Shown piece by piece: positions 10,179 to 19,511 of a stretch of 64,000 nt of DNA. The notes under the pieces were generated by a model. That model was not told where the DNA came from. It saw only the letters and a list, made by a program, of their open reading frames with translations, and did not search any database. The position numbers and the translations under genes are program-made. Every line of letters begins with the position of its first letter. The first letter of the stretch is position 1. The DNA comes from Nitrospirales bacterium (GTDB taxonomy: Bacteria > Nitrospirota > Nitrospiria > Nitrospirales > UBA8639), in NCBI GenBank assembly GCA_965223295.1, contig CBDCWC010000002.1, forward strand, positions 800,001-864,000, read 5' to 3'.

Positions 10179-11918
10179 TTAGTTCAATAAATCTTGAAAT
10201 GTTCTCGGGAGTTCGTCAATGAGATAGGGTTTTTGAATAAAGTAGAAATCTTGTCCTTCTAACCGCTTCTTCGCTTCTTCCTCAGAGTGCCCGCTTGAAA
10301 CTACTATCTTGGTATCCTGACGAATACTACGAATTTGGCGAAACACTTCTTCTCCATTAAGCTGCGGCATCGTCAAGTCAAGGAGGACTCCCGCTATCTC
10401 ACTAGCCTGTGCTTGAAACAGCCGTATGCCTAGATTGCCATCAGATGCTACCAGAACTCTGTACCCTGCATGTTCTAAGATCAATTGGGCTGCGGTTTGA
10501 ATATCTTCTTCATCGTCAATAATGAGAATAAGTGCACCAGGTTGACGACCGGATGCGCTATTCACAGGTGCAGACTGCACGGTGCCTTCTGCTGAATGCG
10601 GAAAAGAAGCAATGGGAAATATTAAACGAAAGGTAGTTCCTTGTCCTACTTCACTGGTGACAGCAATGCCCCCTCCGTGCGCTCTTACGATTCCTAAAAG
10701 TGCCGCGAGTCCCAACCCACGCCCCGTAAATTTTGTCGTAAAGAACGGATCGAATATTTTGGGTATTTCGCTTTGGTGCATACCAACTCCCGAATCCGTC
10801 ACCTCAAGACAGACAACGTCTCCCGGAACTATATTTTCCGCTAACACGCATTCATTCAAAAGGTTTTGCGTAACCTTTATCTTTTTTGTGCTGATTCGGA
10901 TCACTCCATGTTTTTCTTCGAGCGATTCTGATGCATTGGTGGTTAAATTGACCAAAATCTGACGAATTTGAGATGGATCCGCAATGATACGAGGCAGGTC
11001 TTCATCCAGCTCGTACTGCAATACGCCTTTCTGTGAGATTGGCACCTGCATGAGATGTGACATTTCTCGGATCAGTTCGGAAAGATCCAATGATTCCATT
11101 GTGACTTTGCTGTGTCCTGCGTACGCCAAGAGTTGGTGTGCCAATTCACCACCTCTCAATGCAGCTTTTTCAATGGTTTTCAAACGATCGTGCTGAAGGC
11201 TGCTTTCGGGTACATCCCGAAGGACTAACCCTGTATGAGAGGAAATCACGGCAAGAAGGTTATTGACATCATGAGCAATTCCTCCTGCCAGCACGCCCAG
11301 ACATTCGAGTTTTTGTGCATACTGAACCTGGGATTCAAGACGCTTTCTTTCGGTGATATCCAGGACCGCAGTTCGACACCACTTGACCTGATTGTTCTCG
11401 TCACGGATCGGAACGCTTTCTAGAAAAACAAATAACGACTGCCCTGAGCTTTGAAGACATGCGACCTCAACAGAAGCATGATGGAACCCGAGAAACACCT
11501 GACTCAAATGCCTGTCAAAACTTTCCCGAGAGTCTGCATGCACACAATAGACCATATTAGCGTGCTCGAGTTCATCACGATCTCGTCCCAACATTTTACA
11601 GCCAGTCAAATTTACTTTTTCGACTCGACCAGTCTGATCCAAGATAAAATATCCAATCGGAGCACTTTCAAAGAGATCGAGGTACTTCGCATGAGAGTCT
11701 TCAAGCTCACCTTGAATTTTCCAAAGACTTTCATTCTGAACGCGTAACTCTTCCTGATGGATGCGTAAATTTTCTAACGTTTGTTCAAGATGTTTTTTGG
11801 TCTGTCGGTGTTCCTGCTCTCGGTCCCGAAGAACGTTTATCTCCCCATGGAGCTTATCCATGTGGGTAGCATCAGTAGGGCCAGGATCGCTGAGGGGATC
11901 AGGAATGTCGTGTGCCAT
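10179..11918 (-). CDS. Hybrid PAS sensor histidine kinase / receiver
   Basis: Coiled coil, PAS, LAGGIAHDVNNLL H-box, DSGVGM, FDPFFTTK, GRGLGL, C-terminal REC (LIIDDE, LLDLTMP, KP). Confidence 0.93.
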   Translation of the reverse strand: MAHDIPDPLSDPGPTDATHMDKLHGEINVLRDREQEHRQTKKHLEQTLENLRIHQEELRVQNESLWKIQGELEDSHAKYLDLFESAPIGYFILDQTGRVEKVNLTGCKMLGRDRDELEHANMVYCVHADSRESFDRHLSQVFLGFHHASVEVACLQSSGQSLFVFLESVPIRDENNQVKWCRTAVLDITERKRLESQVQYAQKLECLGVLAGGIAHDVNNLLAVISSHTGLVLRDVPESSLQHDRLKTIEKAALRGGELAHQLLAYAGHSKVTMESLDLSELIREMSHLMQVPISQKGVLQYELDEDLPRIIADPSQIRQILVNLTTNASESLEEKHGVIRISTKKIKVTQNLLNECVLAENIVPGDVVCLEVTDSGVGMHQSEIPKIFDPFFTTKFTGRGLGLAALLGIVRAHGGGIAVTSEVGQGTTFRLIFPIASFPHSAEGTVQSAPVNSASGRQPGALILIIDDEEDIQTAAQLILEHAGYRVLVASDGNLGIRLFQAQASEIAGVLLDLTMPQLNGEEVFRQIRSIRQDTKIVVSSGHSEEEAKKRLEGQDFYFIQKPYLIDELPRTFQDLLN

Positions 11919-13656
11919 GGCTGCGTGAAAGCTGCTCTTGAATCACTTGATCAAGTTCGTGAGACAGTAACGGTTTCATCAAAAAAGCCGTGATGCCGAC
12001 GGCCTGCGCTCGTTCTGGTGTCATGACATGGCTAAAACCTGTACAAAGAATAACTGGCATTTCGGGCTTGAGTGATAACACTCGTCTCGCGAAGTCTTCA
12101 CCAGTGATTTTAGGCATGGTTTGATCGACAACGACGACATCGAATGACTCCGGATTGGCCTCAAATAACGCCAATCCCTCTGATCCACTTGTACAGGCAA
12201 CGGCGTTGTACCCCAATCGCTGCAACATTTCTACTCCCATACGAGCGAGAGGTTCCTCATCGTCGATCAAAAGGATTCTTCCTGGAATTCGAGGTGCCAG
12301 CGGCGGTGGTGTCTGAACAGGTTTGGTGGTTGGTTTATTCTTGAGGGGCAAATAGACTCCGAATCGTGATCCTTTTGGGCTACTTTCTTCAAGAATAATG
12401 ATGCCTTTATGGTGGGTCACGATACCATGTGCGACGGATAACCCCATGCCGGTGCCTTCTCCTAATTCTTTGGTTGAAAAAAATGGATCAAATATTCGTG
12501 ACTGGACTTTTGCCAAGATTCCAGAGCCTGTATCTTGCACCGTTAGGTAAACATGGGGCACCGGCTTAAGAGGAGGATGTGCTTTGGCAAACTCGGAAGA
12601 GACCTCAATGCGTGACATTTGAATGGTTAAACACCCCCCGGTTTCTCGCATCGCATATTCAGCATTCGTACACAGATTGATGATGACCTGATGAAGTTCG
12701 GTGGGATCAGCCAGCACCCACAAGCTTTCTTTCTCCACGAGATGGGTTTCAATGCGAATTGTTTTGGGAAGTGTCGCCTGCAACAATTGAATGGATTCTT
12801 GGATGAGATGTTTCGGATCCAGCAATTGTTTTGTTGGTTCGGTTTGGCGACTAAACGCTAATATTTGACGGACGAGATCCTTCGCACGAAATCCGGCGGT
12901 TAGCACTTCATCCAAATAGCGATGGATTGGACTACCCGATGGCAGGTTACTCCGGGCAAGCTCTAAATTTCCTAGCATGGCTGCCAAAATATTATTAAAG
13001 TCGTGAGCAATCCCTCCAGCGAGCGTGCCAATGGCTTCCATTTTAAAAGCTTGTCGTAACTGTCGTTCGGTATGAATAAGTATGGCCTCAGCTTTTTTCC
13101 TGTCAGAGATGTCAACCACGGTAGTGCGAAACAGTTTTTTTGTACTAGAAGGCTCGTGAATCAGCACACTCTCAAGGCGTAAGGGAATGGTTTTTCCACT
13201 CGTGTGCACACACTCAACTTCTGTCGATGAGGAGCGAATCTTCACCGAAAATTTCCTTAAATGAGCTGAAAACATTTTTCGAGCTTCATGGGTTAAATAG
13301 AGAAGAAACGGCTTACCCGAGAGGTATTCACATCCGTACCCTAAAAGTTCTGCTCCTTTTTTATTCGCCTGCTGAATGAGTCCATGCTCATCAATGATGA
13401 AATATCCGACGGGCGCCTGGTCGAATAGGTCACGATATCGCCGAGACGACTCTTCCAGATTCTCCTGCACTTGCCGCAGTTCTTCATTTTGTGTACGCAA
13501 TTCTTCTTGATGGATTGTGAGATTTTCTAAAGTACTCGACAGCTCTCGCTCAATCTGTTCCTGATATTCTTCTCGAGCTTGTAATCGAGTCACCTCTTTT
13601 TGTAATCGATCAACCTCGATCTGGAGGGCTTGGAATTTGTGTTCAGATTCAGACAT
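11899..13656 (-). CDS. Hybrid PAS sensor histidine kinase / receiver
   Basis: LAGGIAHDFNNIL, DTGSGI, FDPFFSTK, GTGMGLS, REC (LLIDDE, VVDQTMP, MKP). Confidence 0.93.
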   Translation of the reverse strand: MSESEHKFQALQIEVDRLQKEVTRLQAREEYQEQIERELSSTLENLTIHQEELRTQNEELRQVQENLEESSRRYRDLFDQAPVGYFIIDEHGLIQQANKKGAELLGYGCEYLSGKPFLLYLTHEARKMFSAHLRKFSVKIRSSSTEVECVHTSGKTIPLRLESVLIHEPSSTKKLFRTTVVDISDRKKAEAILIHTERQLRQAFKMEAIGTLAGGIAHDFNNILAAMLGNLELARSNLPSGSPIHRYLDEVLTAGFRAKDLVRQILAFSRQTEPTKQLLDPKHLIQESIQLLQATLPKTIRIETHLVEKESLWVLADPTELHQVIINLCTNAEYAMRETGGCLTIQMSRIEVSSEFAKAHPPLKPVPHVYLTVQDTGSGILAKVQSRIFDPFFSTKELGEGTGMGLSVAHGIVTHHKGIIILEESSPKGSRFGVYLPLKNKPTTKPVQTPPPLAPRIPGRILLIDDEEPLARMGVEMLQRLGYNAVACTSGSEGLALFEANPESFDVVVVDQTMPKITGEDFARRVLSLKPEMPVILCTGFSHVMTPERAQAVGITAFLMKPLLSHELDQVIQEQLSRSHGTRHS

Positions 13657-13786
13657 TCAGCATGTCACTGGGACTGGGAACGTATCGGTTTATCAAAGCC
13701 CACAACACATGCTTAGCCTATGGCCTAGACTCTGGGCTATGTTTCCTACGTATCACTCTAGAGATGTCAGGAGCATTATGGAAGAC

Positions 13787-16700
13787 TCACGGCGGATATT
13801 GTTCTTTCAAAACTTGAATGTCGACCATGAGAAAGAACAATCCCTTGACCGTTGTTTTATCATTTGCATCTTCATCAGGAACGAAAGTTATTTGAACCCA
13901 GCGTGGGCTTCCATCTTTATGAAGCAATTGAAACTCAAACGTGACATGCTCTCCCGCCAGCGCTTTAGCTATGTATGATGTAAGCTTTTCGTACGTGCCC
14001 TCTCCCAGTACGTCCTTGATATGTGCCTGCTGCACATCTTCCTGTGTCATTCCGACCCACTCTAAAAACTGATTATTCACGATCTGAATCCGATGGTCGG
14101 AATCAATCGATCCAATGAGAGCTGGACAATGATCCATCACGAGCCGACATTGGTTTTCCTGTTCTTGAATAAGACGTTTCGCTTCTTTTGTGTCTGTAAT
14201 ATCTTCAGCTAAGCAGACAAACCGCACCACTTCCCCAATTTCGCTAAGGATCGGCCAACTGCGGTCTCTAATCCACTTTGTTGAACCATCAGGCCGAAGA
14301 ATTCGATAATCGATATCTTTATATTTGACGGGTTCTGTTTCTTTCCAATACTCTTGAACGCGATTTCGGTCGCCAGGATGAATCGTGGTGATCCAGTCCA
14401 TGTCTGAATCATACAAGGTTTGACAAGGTCTCCCCCAAATTTTTTCATAAGCAGGACTCACATACTGCACATGCTTTCCGGTTGGATCTGTGATCCAAAA
14501 CACCTCAGTGATGTTCTCTGCAATTTGACGGAATCGTTCTTCACTTTCGCGAAGTGCCCGTTCGGCTTCCTTGTCTTCCGTAATATCCATGAAGGTCAAA
14601 ACAGCTCCGATTGGCTCCAAATCCTGTGAGTAGTAAGGAACACCTTGAAACAAATAGACCTTCCCATTGTTCGATAATTCTCGGACCTTTGCTCGTTTCT
14701 CACGCATCACTTCTTCGATATCGTCTCGTAAAGTCGGAAAATGCAATTTACAGGGCATCGTGCTTAAATTATGCCCGATACTTTCTTGCGTGATCGTGAA
14801 GATAAATTTAGCGGGAGGGGTAAATCGAGTCAGGTTCAATCGCTTGTCGACGACGAGCATGGCGAATCCAACGGCATGCTGGATATTCTCCAAATCTGCA
14901 TTAGCAGCACTCAACTCAGCCGTTCGCTCCTGTAATTCTTCATTCAACGTGTTAAGCTCTTCATTCGTCGACTGAAGCTCTTCATTCGCAGTTTCGAGTT
15001 CTTCGTTTGAAGATTGAAGTTCTTCATTGGCCGATTGAAGTTCTTCATTCACAGACTGGAGCTCTTCATTAGCTGTTTCAAGTTCCTCAACGGTCGTGTG
15101 TAAGTGTTCTTGAGTAACGGTCAGTTCGTTCTGTAATTCTCGAATACGCGTTTCTGTAACATCTTCCACCTGAAGAGAAGATGGGGGAGAGAGAGTCGAT
15201 GCCTGAGAGACAGCAGGCTCAAATGCCACCAGTTTACTGCCCTGACGACCATAGCCCTCAATGGGTTGAATGTAGAGATGAAAATGAGCTTGAGTCTTAT
15301 CATCCCTCAGCTTGAGCTCTCGACTGCGAACCGGCTTCATATCTTTTCCGACTTTTGTCAATAAGGCGCGTAAATCTGTTCGAATTTCTGGGCGCGCCAT
15401 TCGTAATACCTGCAAGTTTGAGTCCCCTTCCGGAAGTGATAGATAATTCTTGACATCACCTCGTACGTGAAGAACTTCATGTTGTTCATTGACAACGATC
15501 GCTGGAGGCCCATAAGCGTCTATGAGGACCCGGTTCGCCACCTCAGCCAGGGGTAGCTCGTTTGTCATGTTCGCTTGATTTGTCACGAACTTTTTCGAGA
15601 GTGCCGGCAACCTGCCCAATGTAAATTCTGGCTTCCGCCTTTTGAACTCCCCACGACACCGAAAGATCTTCGTCTTCTTATGGTCGACTGGAGAAAACAG
15701 ATCGACGTACTGTCCAACCGATTCGGACTTCCCAAGGAAAAGATACCCATTTGGTTGCAGCACGTAGTGGAATAGGGGAAGAATTTTTTGCTGAAGCGTT
15801 GCGGAGAAATAGATTAAGACATTTCTGCAGCTAATCAGATCCAGATGAGAAAATGGGGGATCTTTTACGAGATCCTGTCGAGAGAAGACGACCATTTCTC
15901 TGATTGATTTATTCACTCTGAACGAATGATCCATTCTCGAAAAGTATTTATTCAGGATTTCTTTGTTGACCGTGGTTAGCGCCGTTTCCGAATAGAGTCC
16001 TTTACGTGCTCGTGTGAGGGCTTCTGAATCAATATCTGTGGCAAATATTTGTATCGGTACGTAGATTTTAATCTCTTCCTGTACGACGCTCAGAAGAATC
16101 GCGATCGTGTAGGCTTCTTCTCCGCTGGCGCAGCCTGGTATCCATATCCGAACCGTTTCCCGACGCTTCTTGCTGGTGATGATGTGTTGGAGGACGGGCC
16201 TTAACGAGTCAATAGACTCCGGATCACGAAAAAACCCTGTCACCGAAATAAGAATGTCCTTAAACAACGCATCAAGCTCTTGCGGATTCTTTTCAAGCAA
16301 TTGAACATAATGTGAGAGATCTTGGATTTTATGAACGGTCATCCTCCGCCCTATCCGGCGAAGAATCGTATTTTGCTTGTACCCGGAAAAATCACAGCCC
16401 GTCCGATTATTCAGTAAGGACATAAGCGATTGCATCACCGTTGGGATATCCGCTCCACGAGCAAGTTTCGGAATTCGGGTAGGGTACACCAGCACTCCAA
16501 GAAGATTTTCTCCTATCTCCTGAGGGGTCATGATCAGGTCGACATGACCCGTATCGATCGCAGCTCTAGGCATTCCATCGTATTTGGCCGAATCAGGCTT
16601 TTCAGCAATGGTGATTCCGCCGTTGGCTTTCACGGCAGTCATGCCATGAGCGCCGTCGGTCCCCGTGCCCGACAGAATAATTCCCACGCTCTTTTCTCCC

Positions 16701-17173
16701 CGATCTTCTCCGAGGGTTGTTAGTAATAAATCGATAGAGGGTTTTGGACCTAAGAGAGTTGTCGGCTTGGGAAGTAGAAGACGGCCTTCAGAGACGACCA
16801 CATTGCAGTCTGGAGGGGTAATGTAGATGGTCGCCGGCTTTGGCACGATTCCGTCTTGCACTTCCTGAACAGGGAGATCTGTATGTCGACTTAACAAGGC
16901 TGTCAACATGCTGGGATGCTTTGGGTCTAAATGCTGCGCCACCACATACGTCAGATTGTCTCGGTTTGGCAAGGATGGCAACAGGGCCTGAAGAGCCTCA
17001 AGTCCACCGGCAGACGCTCCGATTGCGACGATGACCAAATCCGAACCGTCGTGAAGTTCTTTTGAAGAAGAGGTGGTCTTAACGGACTTGGAGGATGGCT
17101 GAGTTTTATTTGTCGACTGGCGTTGGGATTTTGCTGATGCGGCGGTCTTTTTGGACTTTTTTTCTCGTGTCAT
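13787..17173 (-). CDS. CheB methylesterase-CheR methyltransferase fusion with coiled coil and PAS domains (no kinase domain)
   Basis: IGASAGG/QHLDP/LSGTGTDG (CheB); VTGFFRD, IWIPGCASGEEAY, DLISCRNVLIYF (CheR); NEELQS heptad repeats; C-terminal PAS domains. Confidence 0.93.
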   Translation of the reverse strand: MTREKKSKKTAASAKSQRQSTNKTQPSSKSVKTTSSSKELHDGSDLVIVAIGASAGGLEALQALLPSLPNRDNLTYVVAQHLDPKHPSMLTALLSRHTDLPVQEVQDGIVPKPATIYITPPDCNVVVSEGRLLLPKPTTLLGPKPSIDLLLTTLGEDRGEKSVGIILSGTGTDGAHGMTAVKANGGITIAEKPDSAKYDGMPRAAIDTGHVDLIMTPQEIGENLLGVLVYPTRIPKLARGADIPTVMQSLMSLLNNRTGCDFSGYKQNTILRRIGRRMTVHKIQDLSHYVQLLEKNPQELDALFKDILISVTGFFRDPESIDSLRPVLQHIITSKKRRETVRIWIPGCASGEEAYTIAILLSVVQEEIKIYVPIQIFATDIDSEALTRARKGLYSETALTTVNKEILNKYFSRMDHSFRVNKSIREMVVFSRQDLVKDPPFSHLDLISCRNVLIYFSATLQQKILPLFHYVLQPNGYLFLGKSESVGQYVDLFSPVDHKKTKIFRCRGEFKRRKPEFTLGRLPALSKKFVTNQANMTNELPLAEVANRVLIDAYGPPAIVVNEQHEVLHVRGDVKNYLSLPEGDSNLQVLRMARPEIRTDLRALLTKVGKDMKPVRSRELKLRDDKTQAHFHLYIQPIEGYGRQGSKLVAFEPAVSQASTLSPPSSLQVEDVTETRIRELQNELTVTQEHLHTTVEELETANEELQSVNEELQSANEELQSSNEELETANEELQSTNEELNTLNEELQERTAELSAANADLENIQHAVGFAMLVVDKRLNLTRFTPPAKFIFTITQESIGHNLSTMPCKLHFPTLRDDIEEVMREKRAKVRELSNNGKVYLFQGVPYYSQDLEPIGAVLTFMDITEDKEAERALRESEERFRQIAENITEVFWITDPTGKHVQYVSPAYEKIWGRPCQTLYDSDMDWITTIHPGDRNRVQEYWKETEPVKYKDIDYRILRPDGSTKWIRDRSWPILSEIGEVVRFVCLAEDITDTKEAKRLIQEQENQCRLVMDHCPALIGSIDSDHRIQIVNNQFLEWVGMTQEDVQQAHIKDVLGEGTYEKLTSYIAKALAGEHVTFEFQLLHKDGSPRWVQITFVPDEDANDKTTVKGLFFLMVDIQVLKEQYPP

Positions 17174-17305
17174 AGGGGGAAGATGATGGTATTACAACAC
17201 TGGATAAAATGCGTCTGGAGTCTCACGATTGTCTCAGTTCACCAGGCCCACAACCTTTCCCTGTAAGGTTTAATCATTACACAGCATGATGAAATCATCG
17301 GCTAG

Positions 17306-17341
17306 TGGACAAAATTTTCCTTGAAAAATGCAATATGTCTA
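17306..17341 (-). promoter_or_regulatory. Island operator GACA-N24-TGTC (upstream of cheBR-kinase operon)
   Basis: TGGACAAAAT...AATATGTCTA; TGTAAT on minus strand at 17276-17281, 26 bp away. Confidence 0.75.
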
Positions 17342-17400
17342 GACCCGCCCATGTCAGAGAGAAACGAACTCCTAAACTTTGACAGCGCAAATCATTCACA

Positions 17401-17728
17401 GTCTTTCATCAGACGTGGATCAGCACTGATGAGAATATAGCCAATTCAATAAGGTGGGCATTTTCTCGCGACTCATACATGAATCCTGAAGATATTCAGA
17501 TGGACGCGCTCAGTGGGATGGTGTTTCTAGGGGGAAAGGCCAATACCTGTCTTCATAGGACATTCAGGATCAACTCGGTTGGAATCTCAATATTCCCATC
17601 AATCCATCAGCGTGGCAGTCGACAATGATGTGGTTACATTGACCGGAACAGCTAGTACAAGAAACAAAGACGCACAGTTAACTGCATATGTTGCGAGCGC
17701 ACGTCTGCTCAATAGCAAGGACAGTTGA
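17401..17728 (+). pseudogene. Degraded BON-domain gene relic
   Basis: Fragments in different frames: TDENIANSIRWAFSRDSYMNPEDIQMDALSGMVFLGGKAN; DIQDQLGWN; SISVAVDNDVVTLTGTA...AYVASAR. Confidence 0.6.
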
Positions 17729-17764
17729 AAGCTTGAAAGTAAGAAACGCTATGCGATCCCAAGC

Positions 17765-18088
17765 CTAATCAGCATCTCTTTTCTTTCTGATCGCAATTGC
17801 CTGATCCTCATTGGCCGCTGAGATATTGACTTCGTCTCCAACCTGAGCTGACTCATTAATCAAGGTATCTGGGTTGGTTGTTAAGCTTTTCTCGTCATCA
17901 GTTTTCGTTTTGAAGACATACAACGATTGTTCTTGAACAATGCGGCTCAAGGTTCCGAGGATGGTTCCATACTGGCTTAATGATTCATGCGTATTCGCAA
18001 TGGGACTTGACCCCTCGCAAAATTTACGGATTGCGATTGGTAAATCATCGTCTGATAAACGAACTTTCGCTCTGTCTCCATCCCTCAA
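17765..18088 (-). pseudogene. N-terminally truncated exported OB-fold-like repeat protein fragment
   Basis: TILGTLSRI....YVFKTKTDDEKSL....DT......VGDEV.I......AIAIRK resembles the middle domain of 1787-2938; no good start codon or signal peptide. Confidence 0.4.
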
Positions 18089-18622
18089 GACTTTATCAAC
18101 AAGTGTTGATGAAAAGGCTTTGACTGAGTCACTTTACCATGAGAGTTTTATAATGATGTACGTGTGCCCTCTACAGAAATGATTTTCCCTAAACAAAAGG
18201 GACGATTTGGATAAACGATTGTGGTTTTTGTGATGTTGGGTATTGTATGTTGAAATTAGGTGATGAAGTTGTGGGCACAGGTGGAATCGCATCAAACGAT
18301 TGCCATTCTTTTTGACATGCCACAATCTCAAGAAAAATCATGAAATATATGAAAAGCGTGGTGTAAGTTCAAATTTGATTAGTCATTATCACCCTCCCAG
18401 GAATTTACACCCTGCATAAGAAAGCCTACCTGTCCTATTCTTCTATTTCTTTTAAAATACATGGTGATATATCAACGATTGCCCCTATGGCAAAACCTTC
18501 TTGAGGTATTGGAACAACAGACGAGCCTCATATTTAAAACTGAGTTTTTTTACGATTCAACACATTTTTTTATACTTCGATATGGAATATGTGTTTAAGC
18601 TATCCAAGCAAAAAGCAATGAA

Positions 18623-19267
18623 TCATGAATGATCAGATTCAAGCCACAATTTGCTCTTGACTCGCTTCGCGCCTGCCTCATATGCATTCTCCACAGCGTC
18701 TGCGATTTCTCCTTTATTTTCAACTCCTCCATAGAGAGTAACTACGCCATTCTTCACACTCACGCTGATTCGATCTGAATTGACATACGGACTCCACGCC
18801 AATTCTTCTTTTACCTCTTCCATCAATTCTATATCTGTCATGTCTAGCCAGACCCTCTCACCTCGGTGACGTTGGTCTAACTGATTGTGAACCTTCCAAG
18901 CCCCTGAATCATAGGCAATTTCAATAGCATCCACCATCGCGCTTCGATCTTCGACAGTGCCGAAAAGTGTGGCAACTCCATTCACGACTGAGACGTTGAT
19001 GTCTTCTCTATCCACAAACGGGCTCATGGCTAAATTCATCCTAATACGCACGCGAAGCTGGCCATCGGTGAGTATACCATCCTCATCGTATTCGGAGTCG
19101 TATCCAGAGTATGGATTATAGTTATAACCAAAGTAGTAGTGTTCATAAAAAGGACTGTCATAGAGACTTGCATCTTGATTTTGGCTTAGAGCAATTCGTG
19201 GTGTGGCGGCAATAATGATGAATCCCAGTGCTATGGCCGTTAGCTTGAATGAATGTAATAACGTCAT
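18623..19267 (-). CDS. Exported BON-domain protein (2 BON), paralog of 3330-4094
   Basis: Signal peptide; SPFVD.E.I.V.V.NGVATL.GTVEDR.AM..A.E.AY..GA..V.N.L repeated twice. Confidence 0.88.
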   Translation of the reverse strand: MTLLHSFKLTAIALGFIIIAATPRIALSQNQDASLYDSPFYEHYYFGYNYNPYSGYDSEYDEDGILTDGQLRVRIRMNLAMSPFVDREDINVSVVNGVATLFGTVEDRSAMVDAIEIAYDSGAWKVHNQLDQRHRGERVWLDMTDIELMEEVKEELAWSPYVNSDRISVSVKNGVVTLYGGVENKGEIADAVENAYEAGAKRVKSKLWLESDHS

Positions 19268-19343
19268 GATGCATGACCTCCTTTTTTATATAAAATAGAA
19301 TTGTCACATTTGTAACGTAAGATTTTTCATAATCTCTGGAAAA

Positions 19344-19379
19344 TAGACAAAATTAGAGTCCACTCGTAAGATTTGTCTA
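19344..19379 (-). promoter_or_regulatory. Island operator GACA-N24-TGTC (upstream of 19267 BON gene)
   Basis: TAGACAAAAT...GATTTGTCTA; TACGTT on minus strand at 19314-19319, 26 bp away. Confidence 0.75.
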
Positions 19380-19511
19380 ATCCGTGAAGCTTTTTAAAAT
19401 TTTCTCTTTTCAAGGAATTTTGAAAAAAGCTGCATACCACAGCTCATCATGCCAGCAAAGTCAAATGTCTGCAGAAAATGGAGGACAAAATGGGAAGGAG
19501 GAGGCAATATT

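Noticed and set aside
14920-15090. 21-bp periodic DNA repeat (CRISPR- or VNTR-like look)
   Set aside because: It encodes the NEELQS heptads normal for CheBR fusions; there are no unique spacers
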